This document shows, one piece after another, positions 52,571-64,000 of a DNA stretch of 64,000 nucleotides. The position numbers and the translations under genes are program-made. Position 1 is the stretch's first letter, and every line of letters starts with the position of its first letter. Location: assembly GCA_964016885.1 (NCBI GenBank), contig OZ024743.1, forward strand, positions 259,780,001 through 259,844,000, given 5' to 3'. The DNA is from Eledone cirrhosa (taxonomy: Eukaryota). The notes beneath the pieces are model-generated. The model saw only the letters and a program-made list of their open reading frames with translations, ran no database searches and was not told where the DNA came from.

Positions 52571-52826
52571 TGGCATGTTTATATATACACAGATATATAG
52601 TTTGGCATATTAAAAATGTGTATATTTATATACACATTGTTGCAATCTTGGTTAAACGCTCTTTATTTATCATGCACTTTGGCTGTTAGCAAACCTCTTA
52701 ATATATATCTTAAGTAATTACAAGCACGAGTGCTAATTAAGTGCAAATTAGTATGTCCATTTCAGAATAATACTAAGAGCGAATGTGTATATATAGGCAT
52801 CAAATTAATGTCTCCTTGTTGTTGAT

Positions 52827-52889
52827 TGGATGATATACGTGATGAGGATCCAATTAGATCCGAAAATCGATTATATGTTTAAACATCCA
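52827..52889 (+). ncRNA. Type I hammerhead ribozyme with a 1-nt core lesion, between diverged direct repeats (284-bp period)
   Basis: TGGATG-ATATA-C(G)TGATGA-GGATC caatta GATCC-GAAA-ATCGAT-TA-TATGT..CATCCA; repeats at 52606-52708 and 52890-53005. Confidence 0.72.
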
Positions 52890-53210
52890 CATATCAAAAA
52901 TGTGTATATTTACATACGCATTCTTGCAGTCTTGGTTAAACATCCTGTGTTTATACATATACACATTTATGATGCACTTCGGCTGCTAGTGCACTTCTTA
53001 ATATATACACATATATATGTATTGAAAAAATGAGGAAACTTTATGGTATAGTAAAATATATTTGAAAAAGAAAGAAGAAATATGTCTTCACTGTTTTTGG
53101 TATGTTTTAATTATCCAATGTTTAATAAAGAAAAATCTGCTAAAGCTACATTCCGAATTTGCATTCGTTAGCTTGGCCGCAACCTAAAGCTTCGTTAATG
53201 CTGTACTAAA

Positions 53211-53280
<70 letters not shown>

Positions 53281-54379
53281 GATATTTATAACGTTTTCTA
53301 ATGTCCGCACTTTTTTCACTATATATATATATATACATACATGCATATATATATATGAAATATATGGACAATAGAAATGGCTGTGTAGTTGCTATTTAAG
53401 AAAACATAAAATGCAGTGTGAATACGAAGAAAGCGAGAACGGGGGAGGGGGGGGGCATTCCTCATCAGTCGTCTACTGGGGGTCTCGGATATTTTGTACG
53501 CTGTAAAGACAATATACCTCACCCAGGGCGTCAACATCTGGATAAGTTATTGGGAAAACAAAGGAAGGACGGAAAAAAAGCAAAAGGGAAGAAAAGAGAA
53601 AACAGTAACAAAACAGCGAAAAAAAAACAATAAACCGAGCAATATGCGACCAATTATAGATAGGAAATCCAAGACCACTCGATAAGAGAACATAAGTTCA
53701 AGACTGTGTGGTCGAGAGGAACAAGACACACGTCCGATCGCCGCAGCAGTTGTATGTGAGAAAAGAACTGCTAAACGGTCAGGATATATATATGGGGGGT
53801 GGAGGGGTTCTGTATGTGTGTGTATGTAAATAAGACCGTTGAACGTCCTAATCCGTAAACAATGTAACCAGGAAATCAAAGCTAGCTATAAACTAAGCCC
53901 CTTTACTAGACCTTGGACATTATCTATATTTCCTGAGCCTTATATTCCGCAGCCCATTCACCAACCGGAACAATTACTAGTATATATATACATATACTCT
54001 AACTAGGCAGGCTTTGATATATGACATAATTACCACAACTGATCGTCAATCTTCGGTCAATGGTCCGAGGTGCTTAATGATTTATTCTGAGATATCTCTA
54101 TTGAACCTCCAGCTCATGATTTATTGTGTGAGTGGTTGAGTATTCCATATTGATGCATACCCATAACAAGTTCCAGGCAGATTCAACGCCACAAAATAAG
54201 GTGACAAAGCTGGGCTTTTGAATTACAGATACAATCCATCTGACGGACTTCCAATTAGTTTCCAAAGAGTTAGCCACTTTAATTTCCAATTCTTTAATCG
54301 ACCCATGAATATCTCTATGGCCCCACTCGGTCACGAATGACCATGGTTTTGCACCTAGAAAGTTCCCCCCCCCCCCCCG

Positions 54380-54660
54380 AGTCACAAGCCTGGGCAAGGT
54401 TTGTTTTGTGGAAGACTAGTAGTCGTCCATGCATAACTGTCTCGCCTCTTCACGCCATCGATGTTGTCCAAGAGAAAGGGAATGACCGATACAGCTTGGC
54501 ACCAGTGACGTCGCAACTCATTTCTACAGCTAAGTAAACTGGAGCAACGTGAAATAAAGTGTCTTGCTCAAGGACACAACGCATCACCCGATCTGAGAAC
54601 GAACTTACAACCTCTAAATTGCAAGCCCAGTGCTCTAACTACTAAGCCATGCGCCTTCAC
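54380..54660 (-). mobile_element. tRNA-derived SINE family B
   Basis: Minus-strand head GAAGGCGCATGGCTTAGTAGTTAGAGC; core shared with 12135-12380. Confidence 0.75.
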
Positions 54661-55347
54661 CCCATGAATATGGTATAAAACAAATAACCCAGTTGCCACG
54701 CAGTGAGATGAAACTCTACACCTCATGGTTGCGAAGTGAACCTTCTAATTATTTGACCAGGTTGTCACCACAAAACTTAACAAATACAGCAAAGTATTGT
54801 TGTCCGACGCTATAACAGTACTGCCAATAAACCGCCTATGTTTATAGATACATTGTAATGTTTAGAGAATAATTTTATCCGAAAAATGAAACATAATAGA
54901 TGAATAAATAAATAAGACGAGAAGTTGACCTTGTGTTACACGCAAAATCTATTAGAATACGAGTCATCAACGTAATTTTCTCGTGGTTACGAACATAATT
55001 TCCGACACAGCCATTATTGCCTTCAGCTATTGTTGACAACAACAACAGCGATGATATCATCTAATACGTGCCGTCGTCATTATTGTCGTAATATCATCTA
55101 CTTCTCACTATCATCACTGTCACCGTGATATCATCTGCTCATCGCCATCATCATCATCGTCATCATCATCACCAGCCTCGTAATGTCTTCTACTTCTAGC
55201 CATCATCAGCATCGTAATATAATTTACTCCTCGTCATCATCATCATTGTAATGTCATCTACTCATCACTATCATCATCGTCGTTGTAATATCTACACATC
55301 GTCATCATCATCGTAGTCATATGCATCACGTTGTATACATCAATAAT

Positions 55348-55533
55348 TGTTTCTACTTTTGGCAAAGGCCAGCAATTACCCAGTGCATTACTGGTACTTT
55401 ATCTTATCGACCCCGTAAGGATGAAAGGCAAAGTCAACCTCGGCGGGATTTAAACTCAGAATGGCAAGGGGCGTAACTATGCTGGAAAGCATGGCGGCGT
55501 CTGACCCTTTACCGATACTGCCAATCCACCGCC
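55348..55533 (-). mobile_element. SINE family A with imperfect target-site duplication and a tandem expansion at its 5' junction
   Basis: CGTTGTATACA.CAATAAT at 55329-55347 and 55602-55620. Confidence 0.9.
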
Positions 55534-55764
55534 CTTCATACACCGTTGTATACACCGTTGTATACACCCTGTATACACCGTTGTATACACCCTGTATACA
55601 CCGTTGTATACACCAATAATAAAGAGAAATAAATGGGTAAACCAACAAACAAACAAACAAAAGATACTGTCACCTCTGAGTTGCTAACATCAGCCACTGC
55701 CACCACTACTGATAGAGTCTCAATCAGCTCCACTTTAACAAAACACTACCTCTATCAATATCCT

Positions 55765-56440
55765 TACCACCACCACCACCACCACCACCACCGACAAAAC
55801 CATTTTTACCGCCATCTCCACCACCACCACCACCGACAAAACCATTTTTACCGCCATCTCCACCACCACCACCACCAACAAAACCTTTTTTACCGCCATC
55901 TCCACCAACACCACCACCACCGACAAAACCATTTTTACCGCCATCTCTACCACCACCACCACCACCACCACCACCGACAAAACCATTTTTACCGCCATCT
56001 CCACCACCACCACCGACAAAACCATTTTTACAGCCATCTCCACCACCACCACATCCGACAAAACCATTTTTACCGCCATCTCCACCACCACCACCGACAA
56101 AACCATTTTTACCGCCATCTCCACCACCACCACCACCACCACCACCGACAAAACCATTTTTACCGCCATCTCCACCACCACCACCGACAAAACCATTTTT
56201 ACCACCATCACCCCACCACCACCATCACCGTGAAAACCACTTTTACCGCCACCACCACCATCACCTCCACCACCACTGTCAAAACCATTTTTACCGCCGT
56301 CTCCACCACGACCACCACCGACAAAACCATTTTTACCGCCATCACCACCACCACCACCACCACCGACAAAACCATTTTTACCACCACCACCACCGTCAAA
56401 ACCATTGTTACCGCCACCACCACCACCACTGCCACCACAT
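55765..56440. repeat. Minisatellite (CAC)n-CGACAAAACCATTTTTACCGCCATCTC, about 15 units
   Basis: Tandem units that vary in CAC number. Confidence 0.93.
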
Positions 56441-56794
56441 CCAAAACTAATACAAAACATTAATAGAACCACCACTACCATCTCTCAACAGCACCTAAAA
56501 TATTATCAGCAACACCAGCACCACCACCAACAACAACAACAATAACAACAATAACAACAACAACAAAAGCAATTTAACTAAAACAACATAAACTTGATAA
56601 TCAATAACAACGACATCACCAATAACACCAAACAACAACAGTAGCATCCCCAGTAGCATGACCCTCTCTACCACCATCGACAACACCAAAACATGGAAAG
56701 AGGTACATCTGCAGCAGCAACAACAATAACAACAAGAACAACAACAAATCTGAAACGCTCATCATCACCACACTTCACTAACATCAAACAAAAC

Positions 56795-56862
56795 CACAAC
56801 AACAACAACTACTATTACTACTACTACACATACTACTACCACCACTGCCGCCACCACTACCA

Positions 56863-56893
<31 letters not shown>

Positions 56894-56909
56894 CGCCGCC
56901 GCCACCACC

Positions 56910-56954
<45 letters not shown>

Positions 56955-56966
56955 GCCACCACTACC

Positions 56967-57043
<77 letters not shown>

Positions 57044-57110
57044 AACTACTACTACTACTACTGCTGCTACTGCTACTACTACTACAACAACAATTATAAC
57101 AACTGGAATA
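56795..57110. repeat. (TAC/CAC)n trinucleotide tract
   Basis: Direct repeat. Confidence 0.95.
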
Positions 57111-57594
57111 ACAGCAAATCTAACACACTCTTCATAATCACCGCCAGCCAGAAAGAAATAACTTTCAGCGCTTGAAAATGTTCAGATATATTTAGCTGGC
57201 ATCAATAAAGGCTGTAACGAACGGCAAGGCAATTAGATACATTATATAGAGTTGTTTTCTATATAATAAGGAACATTTGCTTTGTATATTGATTATTTTT
57301 CCACACCTTTAGCAAATTTTTAATAAAACCCTTGATTGCCATCAAGTGGTGAATTTTTGATTTACCAGTAAACAAACGGAAGCCAGAATTCTATAGCATA
57401 CTTCACATCGCTATCTTCTCTTTTAATGTGCTGTTGCTGCTGCTGTTGTTGTTGTGGGTGTTGTTGTTGTGTTGTATTTTTGTTGTTGCTGTTGTTGGCG
57501 TTATTGTTGTACTTCTTTCCATTCCATTTTATACTCTTTTATGTTTCTCTTACTCTTTTAAACCTTGATGTTTCAATTTCGGATCTGTCACACA

Positions 57595-58520
57595 CGTGAC
57601 AAAAGCTGTTCGACATAAACCTCCAGGTCAGCAATACTCGGGCACTGGAAGAGTGCGTTTAGGACAGTTTCGTCGCATATCAGATATGCTCTGATGATGG
57701 CACTTCCTTACCAGTAGAGTTTATTTCGAACTGGGAACACTCCGTGTTAGCATTGTGAGGCCAGGCATTTCTGTAAGTTATGCATGGTTTCTGGACCGAA
57801 ATTCCGGAAAGAAGTGGCTAGTTGATCAACAAAGTGGAATTTCCACCTATTGGCACAGGGCTTGAAGACATTCCAGCTTCCAGACACTCCCTCTAGGTTC
57901 TCTCTTGACTCAGCACTGGATCTCTGCCAATGACCTGGGGAAACACATGTCTCTCAAACAGCGACTATAGTTGTTTAATGTAAAGGAAGAGCTAGAGATG
58001 ATGTAGTCCCAGCGCAAGTTTACGTAATATCAGCTTCGGTATACCCAGTCCTCCACGAGCAGGTGTTGGCAGCAAGTGGACAGCCTGAACATTGGCACGG
58101 GCCACTTCCACAAAGAGTGAAAAAGAAAACATTTCAGTGTAGTCAGGCGTTGAACATGACAGGCCACAACGGTCAGGTGGTAGGAAATGACGAAGGCGAT
58201 GTACACGTTCGCAACCTCTTCCCGACTTTTCAGGGATAGCTTCCTCTCGGCCCATTTCTGGGTGAGAGTTACAACTCTGCTTGTTACCTCATCCAAGTAT
58301 TTATTCATTTGGAGATTTGGACCTAACCAGACCCCAGCAATTTAACCGGTCCGTCCATCCAGTACTCGACGACTCTATTGGACGGCACAGACCTGCCTCT
58401 CCAAGTGCCGAGTTGTAGGTCCTTTGACTTTTCTGGTTAATTTTAGCTCCTGTTACCGCTTCGTACTCCATGAGAGCGGTGCTGACTATCTCAGTGTATT
58501 TGGTGACGTCGTTGGCATAT
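57595..58520 (-). mobile_element. Fourth Tx1/L1-type LINE fragment
   Basis: DEVTSRVVTLTQKWAERKLSLKSREEVANVYIA and YANDVT; colinear with 3810-4845. Confidence 0.85.
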
Positions 58521-59603
58521 CCAGAGTCTCTTGAGAGTCAATACATTCAAAATAGACGAGTGAATGTGGCCTTGGAGGACTGTGAAGCCTATCAAAATCG
58601 ACTGCACAAAATGGTAATAATATTAGTAATGGTGATAATAACAATAATAAATAGCAACAGCAACAACAGCAACAGTAGCAGCAGTAGCAGTAGCAGCAAC
58701 AGCAGTAGAAGTACTACTACTGCTACTACTGGTAGTAGTAGTACTACTACTACTACTACTACTGCTGTTGCTGTTACTAGTAGTAGTAGTAGTAGTAGTG
58801 GTGATTGTGGTGGTAGCTTATTATTATTATTACTTTGTATCAGTTCTGTTTCTCTTTCAGCGTTTGAATAGGGCCATAGAGGGTAGAATTGAATGTTCTT
58901 AGCCAGTAATAAATATTTCAGCAACCCGTCATTAGTATACAATAATAAAAGTATTTAAAAGATTTGAAATAATAAACTAAAAGAGGGAGAAAATAAAAAG
59001 AAAGGGTACAGAAAGAAGATTTTACTGATAAAAACGGGCAGATGAAAGAGATGGGGGGAAAACTCTATACTTTTAGCTGAGCGGTGCATCTTACAGTGAC
59101 CCGCAAACAAGATGGCTAAAACATTAACGCGGAGAAGAACTAGCGAAACCCGCTACACCAGCCATTCATTTCAACATAAATCAAGACGATGCCCCTGCAC
59201 CCACGCAGTCTAACGAATAAAAGAATAACATTTAAGTCCACTTACGTCTTTATTTCTGCTATAGCACTGATGCTAACCCACTCCATAAGTTTCTCCAATG
59301 AGAAACATCTGAATATCTGTGAAACGTTGTCACCATAATGATTATTAAGATTAATTTATATAATAGAGTCAGTAATAAAAGCATATGATATAAATATTTT
59401 CGTATCATTAAAATTACGAATATACAATTGTGTATAATAAATATGTCTTTTATGCAACGGAGGTGCGACAAAACTGACGATGCATGCCACTCTAGACAAG
59501 CCACTCTCAAAGATTCTGCTGTTGTTGTTTTTTTACCCCGGATCCCCTGATTCAGCAGATCTATTACAAAAATATTCCTGCCATGACCAGTTTACCCCTG
59601 TCA

Positions 59604-59850
59604 CTATCTATATACTAATAAAACTCTGTGATTGTGTGCTTGTCTGTAATTTAATACAGCCACAACTGCGCATAATGGGAAAATACTTTGAAAGGAAGTT
59701 GACCCTGAAAAGGGAATACGTATGGAATAAAACAAGTTTCGCATAAATCGGAGCACGGGTTTCCTAGATACAGGGTTTTTCCTAGTACCTTCATAAAGAG
59801 ACAGAGAGAAAGATAAAGAGAAAGAGATAGTGGTTATCAGACAGTAGTTT

Positions 59851-59923
<73 letters not shown>

Positions 59924-60012
59924 CAGAGAAGGAAAATGGACGAGTGAGAGAGAGAACTGGGGTGTAGTTCAATGAAATTTTAACAGGTGACTTCAAAGAA
60001 TCAAATAAAGCA
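59604..60012 (+). mobile_element. Dispersed repeat, possibly Helitron-like; homolog of 48821-49345
   Basis: Reverse-complement match on both sides of the (GA)n tract. Confidence 0.5.
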
Positions 60013-60139
60013 ATACTGTATCTAACTCGAATTTGGTGACTGAATATGAAGTTATATGTATCATATAAATAGTGTTAGGACAGGATGTATGTTGAGAATA
60101 TTTCCTGCTAAAGAGGAAGGGTTTTTCTAAGTGGGTGTG

Positions 60140-60228
<89 letters not shown>

Positions 60229-60304
60229 GTGTGTGTATATATATATATGTATATGTGTGTATGTGATCTGTGTATATAAGTCACAGGCACCCATATATAT
60301 ATAA

Positions 60305-60335
<31 letters not shown>

Positions 60336-60346
60336 CATATATATAC

Positions 60347-60391
<45 letters not shown>

Positions 60392-60481
60392 GAAGGAATT
60401 GTGGTAAGGAACCAGATGGGCCATAACGCACCAGAGTACTCAATACTTAGGGTAGTAGAGTGGATAATAGGAAAAAGTATG

Positions 60482-60577
60482 ACCCCGAAGGCAGAACTCA
60501 AGCCGTTTCGACGGCTATTTCAGGACTAAATTAACATTTTTAGCCTGGTAAATAAATAGTCGAACTTGTCAAGGGGT
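60482..60577 (-). ncRNA. Second copy of the 50395 U3-A8 hammerhead, slightly decayed (element 60392-60727)
   Basis: ACCCC-TTGACAA..GAAA-CGGC..GCCT-TC-GGGGT; one stem III mismatch. Confidence 0.72.
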
Positions 60578-60860
60578 ACATCCTTGTATGGGAAGATTTT
60601 AGTTGTTGAGAGGATTGGTCAAAATGTGTTGTAAACACAAATAAGTCTATCATGGCATTTGGTGGGAGGTAGGGATGGCTGAACTTGCCTGTAGAACAAT
60701 GAGGGAGAGAGTGGAACCGGTCAAGCGGTTACTCCTTCATTACGTTTATTGGTTGGTGACACGCGTTTCGCTACTGATCAGCTCAAGGTTCGATCTGTAT
60801 CGATCTAGCCCAACTCTGGAATCAAAATCTCGTCGGACCTCTGTGGTATTGATGACAGAA

Positions 60861-60919
<59 letters not shown>

Positions 60920-61184
60920 TTCTTAGTTGGTAGAGCGATCCGTCAGGTTGATTCCAATAACGAACGAGACTCTACCCTGCTAACTAACGCGTCGATTAGT
61001 GCTTTTCCGGTAGCGTGGCGGCGCCGAAACCGTCGTCGGTAAGCTGTCCTGAGTTCGGTTTTTTTCCCTTTTTCTTCGAGCTCGGGCTTCCGTTGCCGTT
61101 GCCGTCATCGTCGTCACCGCGAAACGCGCGTCACCTATCAATAAATGCAATGAAGGAATAATCAATCGTCCTTTTTATCCTTTC

Positions 61185-61275
<91 letters not shown>

Positions 61276-61453
61276 GTGTGTTAGATAAGGTATGAAAATC
61301 TAACGTAACCAGAAAAACAAAAGTTAGATTAAAGAAGCTACAATCTTACTGTATATCTGTGAATCATGGTCGCTGACAATACCTACACCCAAAGCTTAAG
61401 ATGGTTACTGCACACGAATGTTTAGAAGGCTAAGAAAACATCAAACAAAGAAG

Positions 61454-61853
61454 GATCTTCCATTAATGTTTCACAACTACATAATACGTATTTCTATGAC
61501 CGGCTTACAGCATTAGACTATGACGCAAGACAATCGGCGACATCATCAGATGTAATGAACAAAATAATTTGAAAGGTTCAGTTTAGTAAGCTCTATTGGG
61601 TTACAACATAACATAAACAAAGAATTGATACGGTGGTGGCCCAGTTAGTGATGCTATCACTACGACAGACAGCCTCCATATGCTCACACAATCGACAATG
61701 CAATGCATTTAGGGTTAGGTTACAAAATTGAACCTTTTGAATCCTATATGTTCATTACATCTGATGATATTTGCCGGCTGTCATCATGGTCTGATGAAGT
61801 AAGCCGGCTGTAGAATTACGTATTATATAAGTGTACCACATTAAAGGAAGATA
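61454..61853. repeat. Diverged inverted repeat with an HHR in each arm
   Basis: Arms about 61454-61595 and 61715-61853. Confidence 0.75.
61478..61554 (-). ncRNA. Type I hammerhead ribozyme (decayed partner at 61756-61829, +)
   Basis: Minus strand TACAT-CTGATGA-TGT..ATA-GAAA-TACGTA-TT-ATGTA; AUU site; the partner arm shows GCCGGCT/AGCCGGC in stem II. Confidence 0.7.
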
Positions 61854-61998
61854 TTGGAATCCTTGTATTTTCATTGAAGTAGTTAACTCTGTTTCTGTAC
61901 CAACCTTGATACCATGGGATACCATGTGTATGATGGAAGATACGCATATCGTCGAATGCCTTTGATTATTGCATCGCCATATATTTTATGCACACACA

Positions 61999-62072
<74 letters not shown>

Positions 62073-62113
62073 CACACACACACGCACACACACACACACA
62101 CACATACACACAT

Positions 62114-62157
<44 letters not shown>

Positions 62158-62352
62158 ACACACACATATATATATATATATACATACATAAAGGAATTTG
62201 GTAAAAGTGATCAGAATACTTAAATAAAGATGCTTATTTAAACGATTTACAGTGGTTTAAATCAAACCACGCAAAAATCTTTAGTGACTTGGTTTTGTGT
62301 TAGTTACTGTACTTGTTTTTGAAATATGATCTAAAAGACATATTTGTCTTAC

Positions 62353-63069
62353 ATTATTTTCTCATCCTTCCGGGATGGGCGGTGGATTGGCAGTATCGGT
62401 AGAGGGTCAGACACCATGCTTTCCAGCATAGTTACGTCCCTTTACGATCTGAGTTCAAATCCCGCCGAGGTTGACTTTGCCTTTCATCCTTACGAGGTCG
62501 ATAAAATAAAGTACCAGTAATGCACTGGAATAATTGATGGCCTTGTGCCAAAAGTAGAAACAATTATTTTCTCATCCTTCCGGTGAATTGGCAGTATCGG
62601 TAGAGGGTTGGATGCCATGCTTTGATGCATAGAGTTACGGCCCTTGCCATTCTGAGTTCAAATCCCGCCGAGGTTAACTTTGCCTTTCATCCTTACGGGG
62701 TCGATAAAATAAAGTACCAGTAATGCACTGGGTAATTGCTGGCCTTGTGCCAAAAGTAGAAACAATTATTTTCTCATCCTTCCGGTGTCGATAGAATAAA
62801 GTACCAGTAATGCATTGGGTAATTGCTGGCCTTGTGCCAAAAGTAGAAACAATTATTTTCTCTTGTGGCGGTCGATTAGCAGTATCGGTAGAGGGTCGGA
62901 CGCCATGCTTTGACGCATAGAGTTACGGCCCTTGCAATTCTGAGTTCAAATCCCGTCGAGGTTAACTTTGCTTTTCATCCTTACGGGGTCGATAAAATAA
63001 ATTACCAGTAATACACTGGGTAATTGCTGGCCTTGTGCCAAAAGTAGAAACAATTATTTTCTCTTGTGG
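62353..63069 (+). mobile_element. Head-to-tail array of four SINE family A copies with nested target-site duplications
   Basis: SINEs at 62377-62562, 62581-62764, 62773-62851 (partial) and 62867-63052; ATTATTTTCTC at 62353, 62563, 62765, 62852 and 63053. Confidence 0.92.
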
Positions 63070-64000
63070 TTGACAGAATTACTCAAGATACAATTTCAGT
63101 GATGAAGAAACATCTAGGTTAGACGTAATTAACATCTAGGTTAACAGTAAATTAATGTTCCTAGCAGCGGTGTTCAAACAATATAAGATATGGTGTTCGA
63201 AGATAAGGCAATAACAATACGCGGTAAGTCAATCTGATATATATTACGTCCGCGCAAATAACTATAAAAAGCAAAATATATATAACAGCGTATTAAGCTG
63301 GCTTAGGTTAATGGAAATCTAACGGTGGTATATATATATATATATATATATATACAGACGCAGTTCACAGCTCTGCACCACGTTTCGTACAATACTTACA
63401 CTTTATTTCAACTCCAAACTTCATCTCACAGTATTATTAGACTAGAACTCCACGTGACTGCTGGTGCCATTTCAGTCAATATTATCGATCGAAATATTTA
63501 TATCCTGAAAGATAACAATACTTGTATTTTCCATATCTTATAAGATAATTCTCTTTACTACATTACTATCATCCTTATCATCACCCCACCACCATCACCA
63601 CTGTCATCACCTTCCTCCACCACCACCACCATCATCACCACCAACACCACCAACAGTATCGCCAACGACATCACCACCACCAAAAACAACAACACCAAAG
63701 CTGCTGTCACTATCACCATTAATATTACAACTAAAACAACTACCACATTGAGCTCAAGAAAAGATAATCGTTGGTAATACACCCAATTACACTTGACTTC
63801 TAAGATATCGCTATTTCTAGCCTGAAGTCATTTATCTTCACAATGAAATTCATAGCAATGATTTTTTAGAGGCGAGAGTTCTGATATAACTTGCGGCAAT
63901 AAAGTATTGATGACAGCATGGGACATGTATGATAAAACAGCGAAGATTATAGACAACCATAGAATATTCTTTTCAGTCATTCTTTGCATGTTTCATCAAC

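Noticed and set aside
55633-56463. 276-aa His-rich ORF (HHHHRQNHFYRHL repeats)
   Set aside because: Minisatellite with unit lengths in multiples of three; shifts to a Thr-rich frame midway and the antisense strand is also open. Only RNA evidence would revive it.
60975-61045. GAAA-CCG..CGG-TA with an upstream stem
   Set aside because: No acceptable CUGAnGA or UUGAnAA core.
61709-61722. TTAGGGTTAGGTTA telomere-like sequence
   Set aside because: Only about two units; compatible with chance.

Overview
AT-rich, microsatellite-dense animal DNA with no recognisable host protein-coding gene. The tRNA-derived SINE families resemble those of octopus genomes (inference from memory, not a database hit). 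Protein-coding content is all retrotransposon-derived: one R4/Dong-type RLE LINE (1.2-3.2 kb), four copies of a Tx1/L1-type LINE, two Penelope-like elements (RT + C-terminal GIY-YIG; 37.6-40.8 kb and 46.5-48.8 kb) and older LINE debris. The main unexplained signal is about 20 type I hammerhead-ribozyme (HHR) motifs from roughly 11 sequence families, found by eye. They sit in short non-coding elements inserted into (TA)n tracts as hairpins or as more-than-unit-length direct repeats. Three families carry the compensated U3-A8 core (UUGAnAA), most have palindromic stem III, and in at least two insertions the element 5' end maps within 10 nt of the predicted self-cleavage site. This looks like a retrozyme-like or non-autonomous Penelope system. 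All folds were done by hand and none is tested; coordinates may be off by a few bases.
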